A DNA stretch of 64,000 nucleotides from Candidatus Berkelbacteria bacterium (GCA_037140515.1 JBAXEI010000004.1:8453-72452), one strand, 5' to 3'; shown: positions 48,054-57,899, counted from the stretch's first letter. A program made the numbers and translations. Notes: generated by a model not told the origin, from the sequence alone.

Positions 48054-49889
48054 TTATTTCTTCTCTTTGGCTTCTTCCTTTGATTCTGTCTTTGTTTTGG
48101 CAAAATAATGCTCAAATTCAGTTGCATTTAATGTTTCCTGCTTGAGCAAATCTTCAGCAATTTGATCGATAACTTTTTTGTGAGTTTTGATAATTTCGTC
48201 AGCTGTTTTCTTACCACTTTTGATAAGAGCCGCAACCTCTTCGTCTATCAATCTAGCGACGTCTTCACTATAGTTTCTCTGTTCGTTGTAGCTTTTACCC
48301 AAGAAAGGCATTTCTTCTCTATGACCATAAATCTGAGCGCCAAGCTTCGTACTCATGCCATAATCAGTAACCATACGACGAGCGATTTCTGTTGCTCTTT
48401 TCAAGTCGTTAGAAGCGCCAGTTGTGACATTGTCATACCCGAAGAATTCTTCTTCAGCAACTCGTCCACCCATCAGCGTTGCAATCTCATCCAAGAAATG
48501 TGCCTTGGACTCAAGCCTTCTCTCCTCAGTTGGCATATTCCATGTATAGCCAAGCGCCATACGTCGAGAAATGATCGATATTTTGTGAACTGGGTCTGCG
48601 TTTGGCAAGATATGGCTGACGACAGCGTGACCAGCCTCATGAATAGCGGTAATTTTTCGTTCCTTCTCGGACATTGCTCGAGATTTTTTCTCTGGCCCCA
48701 TCATAACCTTTTCGATAGAGTCAGTCATGTTTTCCTGTGAAACAGTCTTCTGACTATTTCGAGCAGCGGAAATTGCAGCTTCGTTTGTAAGATTACGAAG
48801 ATCGGCACCAGAGAATCCTGGAGTCGAGGCAGCAATCTTTTCTAGATCAACACCGTTTTCTATAGGCTTACTCTTTGTGTGAACTTTCAAGATTGCAAGA
48901 CGTTCTTTTCGATCAGGAAGATCGATGTAAACTTGACGATCAAAACGACCCGGACGAAGTAGAGCAGGGTCGAGGACGTCTGGTCTATTTGTTGCCGCTA
49001 CAACAATGACATTGTCCGAAGTTTCAAAACCGTCCATCTCAACCAAAATTTGATTTAGAGTTTGCTCGCGTTCATCATGAGAACCGCCAAGACCAGAGCC
49101 ACGTTGTCGTCCGATTGCGTCAAGCTCATCTACAAAGATAATTGCAGGCGAATTGCGCTTTGCTTTTTGGAAAAGATCTCGAACTCGAGATGCACCAACA
49201 CCGACAAACATTTCGACAAATTCTGAAGCTGAGATTGAGAAAAAAGGTACACCAGCTTCGCCAGCGACTGCCTTAGCCATCAGAGTTTTACCGGTTCCGG
49301 GTGAGCCTACAAGCAAAACGCCTTTTGGAATCTCAGCACCAAGTTCCTGATATTTTTTTGGATTTTTCAAGAAATCGACAACTTCAAAGAGCTCCTGCTT
49401 GGCCTCTTCGGCGCCGGCAACATCGTTAAAAGTAACTTTTTTGTCCCCAGTGAAAAGCTTTGCTGTGGATTTACCGAAGCTCATTGCCTTCGAGTTTGCC
49501 CCTTGTGCAGATCTCATCATGAAGAAAATAAATGCGCCAATGAGGAGTATTGGCAAAACAATGGATAGAATCGCAACCCAAGAAGCTGATCCGGAAGTGT
49601 CTTTGACGTCAATCTCAACTTTGTCGGGTGTAATACCGTAGTCCTTCAAGCCGATACCGGCTTCCTTGCTAGCCTGCTCAATTTTACCATCCTTGAGGGT
49701 GGCCTTGACTTGATTATCCTTGATCTCAATCTTTTTGACACTACCCTTCTCGACATCGGACGAGATCTGAGAAATGTTCGTCATCTCGATCTTCTGAGTA
49801 GATTTGTTAAAATAGCTTGATACAAGAAAAAGTCCAAGAACGATCAAAATAATGTAAATCGCTGTTTTGCTTTGGTTTGGTTTCATCAT
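48054..49889 (-). CDS. ftsH: ATP-dependent zinc protease FtsH
   Basis: Two [42 protein letters not shown]. Confidence 0.99.
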   Translation of the reverse strand: MMKPNQSKTAIYIILIVLGLFLVSSYFNKSTQKIEMTNISQISSDVEKGSVKKIEIKDNQVKATLKDGKIEQASKEAGIGLKDYGITPDKVEIDVKDTSGSASWVAILSIVLPILLIGAFIFFMMRSAQGANSKAMSFGKSTAKLFTGDKKVTFNDVAGAEEAKQELFEVVDFLKNPKKYQELGAEIPKGVLLVGSPGTGKTLMAKAVAGEAGVPFFSISASEFVEMFVGVGASRVRDLFQKAKRNSPAIIFVDELDAIGRQRGSGLGGSHDEREQTLNQILVEMDGFETSDNVIVVAATNRPDVLDPALLRPGRFDRQVYIDLPDRKERLAILKVHTKSKPIENGVDLEKIAASTPGFSGADLRNLTNEAAISAARNSQKTVSQENMTDSIEKVMMGPEKKSRAMSEKERKITAIHEAGHAVVSHILPNADPVHKISIISRRMALGYTWNMPTEERRLESKAHFLDEIATLMGGRVAEEEFFGYDNVTTGASNDLKRATEIARRMVTDYGMSTKLGAQIYGHREEMPFLGKSYNEQRNYSEDVARLIDEEVAALIKSGKKTADEIIKTHKKVIDQIAEDLLKQETLNATEFEHYFAKTKTESKEEAKEKK

Positions 49890-50884
49890 TACCTTTGTTT
49901 ATTTATATTCGATAGGATAATTTTACCAGCATCAAGCTCAATCCGCAATGAGTGGGGGAGAGTCTTATATTTTTTTGATTCATTTTTTTCGATTAGCGTG
50001 AGTACTTCTTTAATATGAGTAGAATCGATGTCGATCAGGCTGTCTAGCTTTTCGATCGCTAATCGCAAAATCATCTTTTGCTGAGGAAAATGTAATTTTC
50101 GAAATAGTTTCGCGTCGAGCACAATCTTACTCTCCGATTCGGCGACCAATACTTTTTGATAAATGTCACGAAGATCAGAGTGAAGGAAATCGTAGTCTTC
50201 CTTTAGCTGATTTGCTGTATTTGCAAGAGTACCAACAATATTTGGATTGATCTCTGCAAGTAACGGCAAAACAGTGTGACGAATCTTGTTGCGAGTATAG
50301 GCGAGATCGGAGTTTGACTCATCTGTCCGATAGTCTTGATTTTCCAATGATAAATATTCTTCAATCTCAGATCGAGAAATTTCTAAAAGTGGACGAATGA
50401 AACTTTCACGAGACAGGGGAATGGAAGAAAGTCCGCGAAGACCAGCGCCGCGGATCAGGCGCATGAGAAGAGTCTCGGCAAAATCATTTAAATTGTGGGC
50501 GATTGCAATTTTGTCGGCCGTCCCCTCTTCAATTATACTTTGGAAGAACTTGTACCTCGCTGCCCTGGCTTCTTCCTCATTTTTAAAGGACGAATCACGC
50601 AATGGTTCGCTGTAGACGTGCTCGATCCCCTCTTGCTTACAAAAATTTCTGACAAATTCTGCATCGGCATTACTTGCCTCCCCTCTTAGTCGATGGTTGT
50701 AGTGACAAGCCAAAATAGTACAGTGATATTTATCACGAATTTCAAGCAAGATTTTCGTCAGACAGATAGAGTCCGCTCCTCCGCTCAGTGCTACCATGAT
50801 TTTATCACCGTCTTCAATCAGGTGATTCTCACGAATAGTTTTCAGTACCTTACCGACAATAGATTTTTGTGTATGTTTTGGCAT
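49889..50884 (-). CDS. tilS: tRNA(Ile)-lysidine synthetase
   Basis: VALSGGADS, HYNHRLR, AR-ARY, AHNLND-AET, IRPLL, DESN...RNKIRH. Confidence 0.96.
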   Translation of the reverse strand: MPKHTQKSIVGKVLKTIRENHLIEDGDKIMVALSGGADSICLTKILLEIRDKYHCTILACHYNHRLRGEASNADAEFVRNFCKQEGIEHVYSEPLRDSSFKNEEEARAARYKFFQSIIEEGTADKIAIAHNLNDFAETLLMRLIRGAGLRGLSSIPLSRESFIRPLLEISRSEIEEYLSLENQDYRTDESNSDLAYTRNKIRHTVLPLLAEINPNIVGTLANTANQLKEDYDFLHSDLRDIYQKVLVAESESKIVLDAKLFRKLHFPQQKMILRLAIEKLDSLIDIDSTHIKEVLTLIEKNESKKYKTLPHSLRIELDAGKIILSNINKQR

Positions 50885-50990
50885 ATTATAACAAAAAACG
50901 AGCCCTCACGCTCGATTTATTTCTTTTCTATTTTGTAAAAATATTTCATCTTATATAATTTATTCGCTAAACGATATCAATGCATTGAGT

Positions 50991-51030
50991 GGCCTGCCAT
51001 CCGTAGTCCCGAAGGGCGAAGGATGGTAGC
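50991..51030 (-). repeat. tRNA-trailer hairpin that pairs with the tRNA-Met 3' end
   Basis: CTGCCATCC...CCCGAAGGG...GGATGGTAG. Confidence 0.6.
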
Positions 51031-51100
51031 AGGAGAGAGATTCGAACTCTCGACCCCAGGCTTATGAGTCCTGTGCTCTAACCAACTGAGCTACCCTGCC
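51024..51100 (-). tRNA. tRNA-Met(CAT), elongator
   Basis: GGCAGGGTAGCTCAGTTGGTTAGAGCACAGGACTCATAAGCCTG...TTCGAAT...CCTGCTACCA. Confidence 0.92.
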
Positions 51101-51113
51101 ATATTGTTAAAAC

Positions 51114-51175
51114 AACCAAAGCCGACGATTCTGTCGGCTCTCCGACCGATAGCGTCGGAGCTGAGCTACCCTGCC
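51114..51175 (-). pseudogene. Duplicated tRNA-Met 5' fragment interrupted by a 41-nt double-hairpin insertion
   Basis: GGCAGGGTAGCTCAG (51175..51161), insert (51160..51120), TTGGTT (51119..51114). Confidence 0.75.
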
Positions 51176-51223
51176 AAGAGATTGCAACGCTACCAGAAGT
51201 TTTGAAATTGAATTAAAAACTTT

Positions 51224-51300
51224 TGGTAGCGGGGGTTGGATTTGAACCAACGACCTTCTGGTTATGAGCCAGACGAGCTACCGGACTGCTCTACCCCGCA
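51224..51300 (-). tRNA. tRNA-fMet(CAT), initiator
   Basis: TGCGGGGTAGAGCAGTCCGGTAGCTCGTCTGGCTCATAACCAGAAGGTCGTTGGTTCAAATCC...CCCGCTACCA; 1:72 mismatch, A11-U24, TTCAAAT loop. Confidence 0.92.
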
Positions 51301-51354
51301 ATACATAATGTATGTTACCACAGAACTCGACTTTATTCAAGATAAAACTGCCTT

Positions 51355-51819
51355 TTACGCAACTTTTTCATTTATCACTTTTTCAATCTTCTTTGCTGTT
51401 TCCGTCCTTCCAAGATTTCTATACTCTTTCAGCTCTTGCTCCAAGGAGAGGACAGGAATTCTGCTAGAGCCAAGATTAATAAATTTCGTAGGATGATAAT
51501 GATTTATTTCGGACCATTCCCCATTCTGTAAGCGATATTGAAAATTTGCCATTACTTCGACTTTTACACCGCCTATCTCATAGACTCCGAAATATGATCT
51601 GTATTTTTCTGTTTCAGAATACTCAGATTTTTTAATTTGATAATTCTGAAGTAGCTCGTCAATCAGAACAGCAGAATCAATATCTGTCAAAATGTCTATA
51701 TCATTTGGCGCAATTGCTACTCCTTGCAAATACAAAGAAGTACTTCCGGACAATATCCAGAAGACTCCTTTTGACTCAAATTGTTTTGCTAAATTCTGTA
51801 AAACCTTTTCACTAACCAT
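51355..51819 (-). CDS. Pol-beta-superfamily nucleotidyltransferase
   Basis: WILSGSTSL-LQG...NDIDI and KVEVM; start re-set to MVSEK. Confidence 0.75.
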   Translation of the reverse strand: MVSEKVLQNLAKQFESKGVFWILSGSTSLYLQGVAIAPNDIDILTDIDSAVLIDELLQNYQIKKSEYSETEKYRSYFGVYEIGGVKVEVMANFQYRLQNGEWSEINHYHPTKFINLGSSRIPVLSLEQELKEYRNLGRTETAKKIEKVINEKVA

Positions 51820-51827
51820 CGCTGTTC

Positions 51828-52223
51828 CTATTTCTTCGTAAAGTATTCCCACCACAGGCGATAGTTTGGCACTGTGATCTTCTGCTCGACAACACCGCTG
51901 TCTGAAATTTTTTCTTCAGGAGTGTCGATAGGTAGACTCAAGACACTCTCGCCCGTTGCCTTATACCCAAGCTTAGCCCTAGCCTCTTTTTCCTTATATG
52001 ACTGAGTCTGGTAATAATTATTTTGATCTTCCATATATGCTATGTCCGCTTCCATTTGAGCAAGCTTGGCCTCTTCTTTGTCCGTCTCACCGTTGGCAGC
52101 ATAATTTGCGAGAACCGTTTTCCCAACGATAATCATCATGTAGACAACAACAGCAAAAAGAAACAAGCTTGTGAGGCTCATGGGGATAATTCTCTCAATT
52201 CCTTCTTTAATTTTCTTTAGCAT
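51828..52223 (-). CDS. Septum formation initiator (FtsB/DivIC-like)
   Basis: TM, coiled coil, EKEARAKLGY...GE; CPR-type NY-LWWEYF tail. Confidence 0.8.
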   Translation of the reverse strand: MLKKIKEGIERIIPMSLTSLFLFAVVVYMMIIVGKTVLANYAANGETDKEEAKLAQMEADIAYMEDQNNYYQTQSYKEKEARAKLGYKATGESVLSLPIDTPEEKISDSGVVEQKITVPNYRLWWEYFTKK

Positions 52224-52236
52224 ATTCACATCATAC

Positions 52237-52272
52237 AAAAAAATCCCCCATTTTGAAACGGGGGATTTTTTT
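52237..52272 (-). terminator. Intrinsic terminator
   Basis: AAAAAAATCCCCC...GGGGGATTTTTTT. Confidence 0.8.
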
Positions 52273-52285
52273 ATCTAGTATCTGA

Positions 52286-55051
52286 TTACCATCTTTTTGT
52301 TTTCTTATGGTTTTTCTTGCTCGCCATCTGAACAGGCTTTGCAACTTGTACCTTCTTCTCTGGCTGAACAACCTGCTTTACAGTTTCCTTTTGTTTCTCA
52401 ACTATTTTTGCTGGTTCTACTGTCTTTCCCTTCGCCTTATCCTTTACCGTTACTGCAACTTCTGGCTTGTCCGAGAACCAGTAGAAATATCCACCGGTCG
52501 CAGCGCCTGCCAATAGTATTAGGACGAAAAGAATAATCCAAGGCGTCCAATTATTTGCATCGTCAGTGTTTGACTCCTCACCTTTAACAATACCAGCGTC
52601 GTCATCTTTCGGTGTTTCAACTTTTTTCTCCTCTGGAGCAGCGGCTTTTGCCTTGGCCGGAGCAACTGATGTGGTTGGTGCTGGAGCACTAACAGCTGGA
52701 GTCGTGATAACTTCAGGCTGTGGTACGACTACTGTAGCTGGCACGCTTACTGTCGTAGCAATATTATTAATAGACTGAACATTATTTTTCACTGCGATTA
52801 CCGACACAACATATTTTATTCCTTCAAGAACTTTTAGACTTGAATTATATGAAAGATTTGTGTCATTTGCGTTCCCCGTAATCGTGGAGATAAGTACGTC
52901 ATTTACCTTTATCAAGTATGAATCCGCGCCCGTCCCCTTCCAATTAATATCGAGATACTTAGCGCTATCTTTGCTTACAACCGTAGCTGTAAATACTGGA
53001 ACGGTAACCAAAGTCTGAGTGTAAGTCACAAACTTGGTGAAATGTTTTGTCCAGATTACAAGGTCAGCACCTGCATCAATCTTACAGTCACCTTCGGCTA
53101 ATAGTGCATCGCCAGCAGCCTGAGTATCAGCAGCACAAACTGCATTGATTGGTGTGAAAACATCTGATCTGGTATAGCCGACTGATCTACCGGCGCCACC
53201 AGGAATCAAAATTCTAACTGCCTTATCAAATATTAGCTTAACATCTGGCATACCGATTTCGATCGAAGCGACATTTGTTGGATAATTCCCAGAATTTACT
53301 GTTACTGAAGTTGGATTTACCGTAACCTCTGGAAGTTTCACAACGCCATCCCAAGTCGCAGGGCCAGTAACCGTTGTTCCGCTTGCAACATTGACTACAA
53401 TAGTGTTACCAGATGAAATTTCTGCACTGATTTTTGTTGCACCTTCCATCTTCGCAGATTTGTTTGCAACGCCCGCTGCGTCCTTGCCATCCTGAAGAGA
53501 AGGGGCCAAATTTAGCGTCGTGCCACCAGTTGTAACCTTAATATCCATATTTTCCGCATAACCTTTTGGCACTACGATTTCAGTTGGTGTAGTCACTGTC
53601 ATTCCCGAAGTCGCAACAGCCTGTGTAGGTTTCGCAGCAAGGACTTTTACAGTTCGTACAACGGTAACAGCTTTATTTGAAGCAAGGTCGATCGCATCGT
53701 AAGAGATTGTATAATCCCCTTCTTTCGTTGTGTCGACTGTTCCCGAAGCAACAACTTGGACAGTTGCGTCAAGATTATCTGTGACTGTAGCGCCCGCGTC
53801 AGTATATGTCGAGCCAAAATTAACAGTTTGGATAGCATCTCCTGCCAATATAATCACAGGAGAAGTTTTATCGTATACGATTGTTGTCGAGACTGAGTCA
53901 GCATTTGAATTTCCAGCATCATCAGATATGGTTCCTGATGTTAATTCAACAACTACGCTTCCTTCAGCAGTAGGAACCACATCAAATGTGAAATCTTTAT
54001 GATCTGCAGTTCCAAGATTCGAAGCTGTACCATTTGTAATCTTTAGCTTTGAAATATCCAAGCCAGCAACTGCCTCGCTGCACTTTAGTGTGAGTTTCAG
54101 CGGATTCTCACTTGTTGCAACTGGATAGCTGCTAGAAAGTGTTGCTGTCGGGGCAATTTTATCAACTGTAAATATCTGAGATGCAGCTTTGACAATACGA
54201 TTGCCTGCCATATCCATGATGCTATAGCCCCAGGCGTCAACAAGATAGTCACCACTTAGTAAATCCGAATTATAAACTATAGTTAGGACGTTACCGTTCA
54301 ATACTGCAGTATTGATTTGATTGACCTTAACATTCGTATAATCACCGGTACTCTTATCATAATCATAGATTCCAAGCAAAGAAGATGTTAACGCTGTGAC
54401 TGCACCGTTATTTTGATCAATCAGCTGAACTGGCTCACTAAATGTATAAGTAATGGTTTTAGTGGTCTCGTCCAAGGTAGCCGTTGCAGTTGGAGATTCT
54501 ATGTCAGAGAGAACTGCGCCTTCAATTTTAATGTCATCTATTCCAACTCCATCGCCAGACACTGCATTTTTTGTCTCAAACTTGATCAAAACTTTTTGGC
54601 CGTTGTAAAGAGAAAGGTCAATCGGATCTTGAAGAGTCAGAACATTATCTAAAGGAGTAACAGTCTTTATTAGCGACCAAGTCCCACCGTTGTCCGTCGA
54701 TACAGAAATGTCTATAGCGTTCCGTGGTGCCTGAATTGTCCCGTAAGTCCGAGCGCTAAAAACCAATTTTTCACTGTCTGTCGGTAAAAAGTTCATCGGC
54801 GGTGAAATCAACGATGATGTTGCCTTAGTCATGACTATATAGTCGTTGCTAGCAGCAGTTTGTTGAGTACAGTCGGTGCAAACCCAGGTTGTCTCAGCGG
54901 CAATATTGCCAATGTTCGACGCAATACTAGTCGGAACAAATGGCGCCGCCATTGCCGTTTCGGCTGTTAAGTAGCTTGTAACTAGCCATGACGGGACCAC
55001 CAGAACTGCGGTGATCAGGTAGACTAGAAACTTGCGAAAAAATAGTTTCAT
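52286..55051 (-). CDS. Large surface protein with Ig-like/DUF5011 domains and C-terminal TM
   Basis: Signal peptide; STDNGGTW; DKTSPVIIL-G...YTDAGATVTDNLD...VDTTKEGDYTISY; Pro/Ala linker; TM and basic tail. Confidence 0.85.
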   Translation of the reverse strand: MKLFFRKFLVYLITAVLVVPSWLVTSYLTAETAMAAPFVPTSIASNIGNIAAETTWVCTDCTQQTAASNDYIVMTKATSSLISPPMNFLPTDSEKLVFSARTYGTIQAPRNAIDISVSTDNGGTWSLIKTVTPLDNVLTLQDPIDLSLYNGQKVLIKFETKNAVSGDGVGIDDIKIEGAVLSDIESPTATATLDETTKTITYTFSEPVQLIDQNNGAVTALTSSLLGIYDYDKSTGDYTNVKVNQINTAVLNGNVLTIVYNSDLLSGDYLVDAWGYSIMDMAGNRIVKAASQIFTVDKIAPTATLSSSYPVATSENPLKLTLKCSEAVAGLDISKLKITNGTASNLGTADHKDFTFDVVPTAEGSVVVELTSGTISDDAGNSNADSVSTTIVYDKTSPVIILAGDAIQTVNFGSTYTDAGATVTDNLDATVQVVASGTVDTTKEGDYTISYDAIDLASNKAVTVVRTVKVLAAKPTQAVATSGMTVTTPTEIVVPKGYAENMDIKVTTGGTTLNLAPSLQDGKDAAGVANKSAKMEGATKISAEISSGNTIVVNVASGTTVTGPATWDGVVKLPEVTVNPTSVTVNSGNYPTNVASIEIGMPDVKLIFDKAVRILIPGGAGRSVGYTRSDVFTPINAVCAADTQAAGDALLAEGDCKIDAGADLVIWTKHFTKFVTYTQTLVTVPVFTATVVSKDSAKYLDINWKGTGADSYLIKVNDVLISTITGNANDTNLSYNSSLKVLEGIKYVVSVIAVKNNVQSINNIATTVSVPATVVVPQPEVITTPAVSAPAPTTSVAPAKAKAAAPEEKKVETPKDDDAGIVKGEESNTDDANNWTPWIILFVLILLAGAATGGYFYWFSDKPEVAVTVKDKAKGKTVEPAKIVEKQKETVKQVVQPEKKVQVAKPVQMASKKNHKKTKRW

Positions 55052-55092
55052 AAACCTCTCCTAAATTAAAATTATTTATAAGTTGAAAACAC

Positions 55093-55154
55093 TCATTTCT
55101 AACATCAATCAAACTGACCTTATTATAGTAAGGCAGAATTGACTTTAGAAATGA
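55093..55154 (-). promoter_or_regulatory. Long hairpin in the leader of the surface-protein gene
   Basis: TCATTTCTAA/TTAGAAATGA outer stem and CCTTA/TAAGG inner stem. Confidence 0.5.
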
Positions 55155-55378
55155 TTATTCCCTCCCAATTTCTCAGATACACAGCACGAAAATATAGAAT
55201 TGCCCAAAGCAATAAGTACATTTTAGATACAAACTAAACGATTTTTGTGTTTTTTGAGCTTCCCAAACTATAAGAGCTTAAGAAAATGTCTTTGTTTTTT
55301 TGTTAGAAAAATTGTGTAACCCATAACTTTCATACTTCGTCATACATTGCCATAGGTAAATCGATCTAACGTGATATT

Positions 55379-55406
55379 AGTATATAGCAAGAGTGATTAC
55401 TGTCAA
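55379..55406 (-). promoter_or_regulatory. Candidate promoter of the surface-protein gene
   Basis: TTGACA-16 nt-TATACT. Confidence 0.5.
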
Positions 55407-55474
55407 CAAAAAAATAAGCTCTTTCCTAGAGCCAACAATTAGAACTTATCCACAGCGAAGCTACATAAATAGTA

Positions 55475-56053
55475 TTAATTTATGTTGAAAAATCCAGCAA
55501 TATTATTTATTAAGTTGTCGAAAGCCTCAACAATAGCAGGTTTCTTACGACCAAACATGTTGGTAACGAGAATTGTTTCGTGGGCTACATTGTTTTCGAC
55601 ATAGGTGCCTTCAGAGACGCCAATACCCATATCCTCATAGTCAGGATTCAAAATATTTTCACGATGCTTTGGAGAGTTCATCCAACCGTTCACCGTGCCC
55701 TCGGCTGTATCAAAATCCATTGCAAGATTTTCACCAGCATAGAGGTATTTGTAGCCAGATTTGTTAATAAAATCCCATGGTGTCATACCAAAAGCGAAAT
55801 GTTCAAAATAGTTTTTTGTAAGCATGTCAGACGACTTGCTAGTCGCAGCAGCATTTAAATTTAAGTCAACGTTCAGAGGCTGTAAGCCATTTTCGATACG
55901 TTTTTGATTTACCAGATATGAGATATTCTCAGTAGTAATGTCAGAAGCAAAAATTGGTGTAGCACTCGACAAAGATAAAACACAAGCAAAAAACAAGATG
56001 GCTAATTTCTTTTTTGTAGACTGCATATTTGGTTTTTGGTGTGATTTGTTCAT
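55475..56053 (-). CDS. CAP (SCP) domain protein
   Basis: VNQKR-ENGL-PL, DML-KNYFEH, AGENLA, WMNSPKHRENIL; start uncertain. Confidence 0.9.
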   Translation of the reverse strand: MNKSHQKPNMQSTKKKLAILFFACVLSLSSATPIFASDITTENISYLVNQKRIENGLQPLNVDLNLNAAATSKSSDMLTKNYFEHFAFGMTPWDFINKSGYKYLYAGENLAMDFDTAEGTVNGWMNSPKHRENILNPDYEDMGIGVSEGTYVENNVAHETILVTNMFGRKKPAIVEAFDNLINNIAGFFNIN

Positions 56054-56160
56054 ACTTGTTTTTTTAAATTGAATAAGTATATCATTTACAACATACTTTG
56101 TCAATAGCAGAATCGATATATTTTGTGTTTTAATATGTATTTGATCGTAAATTATCAGTT

Positions 56161-56222
56161 TGTTGTTCCCGCGAAGTACGAAATCTATACTTAGCCCCGA
56201 TCCCAGCCTTCGCTTGAATATT
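56161..56222. repeat. REP-like element, degenerate copy 4
   Basis: TGTTGTTCCCGCGAAG...AATCTATA...GATCCCAGCCTTCGCT; the last 16 bp are identical to copy 1. Confidence 0.65.
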
Positions 56223-56298
56223 AAAATTACAAAGCCCTAATAGCCCGCTCATTGATTAATCACAGTCATTTTGATAGATTAGATCTAGACCAATATGA

Positions 56299-56374
56299 GG
56301 GCTCGTAGCTCAGTGGTTAGAGCAGGCGGCTCATAACCGCTTGGTCGCAGGTTCGAACCCTGCCGGGCCCACCA
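56299..56374 (+). tRNA. tRNA-Ile2(CAT, lysidine-modified)
   Basis: GGGCTCGTAGCTCAGTGGTTAGAGCAGGCGGCTCATAACCGCTTGGTC...GGGCCCACCA, close to the ileX pattern. Confidence 0.88.
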
Positions 56375-56377
56375 CTA

Positions 56378-56407
56378 TAAAAATACTCAGCGATATGAGT
56401 ATTTTTT
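56378..56407 (+). terminator. Terminator after tRNA-Ile2
   Basis: AAAAATACTCA-gcgata-TGAGTATTTTTT. Confidence 0.75.
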
Positions 56408-56467
56408 ATTTGCCAAGGCCAATCGCTATAATGTATAATTACATATATAAAAAATAACAAAGAATCT

Positions 56468-57880
56468 ATGACAAAAAACAAAAAGCTTGTGCTCTGGTCC
56501 ATTATTTCTATTCTCATCTTGATCTTGATTGCAGCAGCGGTGCTCTTCACCTACCAAAAAGCTTATGCAGGCAAAATTTATCCAAATGTATCATTCGGTG
56601 GCGTAGATTTATCAGGTAAGACCAAGCAAGAAGCACAGACGATTCTTGAAAATAAATTTCAAAGCACTCTCGATAAGGAAATTACCCTCACTGCAAACGG
56701 CCTAGAAGCAAAAGCGAAGCTTGCCGATACAGGGCTAACTTTTGACTTCAGCAAAATAATTAATCAAGGATATGATATCGGCAGAGAACCGGACTTCTTC
56801 CAGAATATCATTTCCTCGACAAAGACTTTCTACCAAACAAATCAGGTTGAGGTCACGCCATATCTTAATCAAACGAAGTACAACACCTTTGTACAAATTG
56901 TTGTTGATCAGCTGAACACAAAGCCTGAGGACGCAACATTGAAAATTGAAAAAGGTGAGATTCAAACTACGGCTAGCAAAATTGGACAAACTGTCGACAC
57001 TGCGAGCTTGATTGATGAGATAATTGCAACGATTAATGACAACACGAGCACAATTGAATTAAAAACAGTATTAGCTTATCCAACTGTTGAAAACGCTGAT
57101 TTTGCGCCAGCACAAAGCAAGGCTCAAGCATATTTGGACAAAAAGATTACATTTACTTATACCGATAAGACATATGCACCATCCAAAAGCGAGATTGGCG
57201 CTTGGCTTGACTTCGCTGCAGCAAAAGACAGCTACGATGTTAGTTTGAATGAGGGCAACATCAAAGCATACTTGAACAAAATCGCGGTAAACTTCGAGGT
57301 GAAGAAAGTCGATCGCAAGATCAATTCTCTGACAAACGAAGTTATCACCGAAGGCAAACAGGGCGTATATCTCGACAAAGACCAAACCGTCAAAACCTTG
57401 CTTGGCGCAATTGGTGGACAAACTGTCGACGTTGCCATGACCGTTACAACCGAAGATCCTGTAGAAATCAAGATCATCCCTGCTGAGGGAATTGTGCCTG
57501 GCAAATTTACTGGTAAATATATCGATGTCGATCTGACGAATCAGAAGCTGTGCCAAGTTGACGGAAACGCTGTCGTTGCATGCCATGTTATTTCTTCAGG
57601 CAAAGCTTCAACACCAACACCAATAGGAACCTTCGCAATACAAAACAAGGATCCAAGAAGATGGTCAAACGCCTCAAGCCTTTGGATGCCATGGTGGGAA
57701 CAATTCGCTGACGGTGGCTATGGTCTTCACGAACTCCCAGAGTGGCCAAATGGCTACAAAGAAGGTCAGGCACATCTTGGTACGCCTGTCTCACATGGTT
57801 GCGTTCGCCTTGGTATCGGTGAAGCTGAACAGGTTTACAACTGGACCGAGATCGGCACACCAGTCTATATCCACAAGTAA
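56468..57880 (+). CDS. L,D-transpeptidase (YkuD) with PG_binding_4-like domains
   Basis: TM, KIYPNV-G-DLSG, IDVDL-NQ, ISSGK-TPTP-G-F, GLH...SHGCVRL. Confidence 0.92.
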   Translation: MTKNKKLVLWSIISILILILIAAAVLFTYQKAYAGKIYPNVSFGGVDLSGKTKQEAQTILENKFQSTLDKEITLTANGLEAKAKLADTGLTFDFSKIINQGYDIGREPDFFQNIISSTKTFYQTNQVEVTPYLNQTKYNTFVQIVVDQLNTKPEDATLKIEKGEIQTTASKIGQTVDTASLIDEIIATINDNTSTIELKTVLAYPTVENADFAPAQSKAQAYLDKKITFTYTDKTYAPSKSEIGAWLDFAAAKDSYDVSLNEGNIKAYLNKIAVNFEVKKVDRKINSLTNEVITEGKQGVYLDKDQTVKTLLGAIGGQTVDVAMTVTTEDPVEIKIIPAEGIVPGKFTGKYIDVDLTNQKLCQVDGNAVVACHVISSGKASTPTPIGTFAIQNKDPRRWSNASSLWMPWWEQFADGGYGLHELPEWPNGYKEGQAHLGTPVSHGCVRLGIGEAEQVYNWTEIGTPVYIHK

Positions 57881-57899
57881 TCAACAAGTACATATACAC

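Noticed and set aside
51236-51496. ORFs overlapping tRNA genes (also 6037..6267, 40058..40292, 56317..56550)
   Set aside because: They are translations of tRNA sequence, not credible proteins.
55446-55454. Perfect DnaA box TTATCCACA as a sign of oriC
   Set aside because: It is a single box with no cluster and no dnaA/dnaN nearby.
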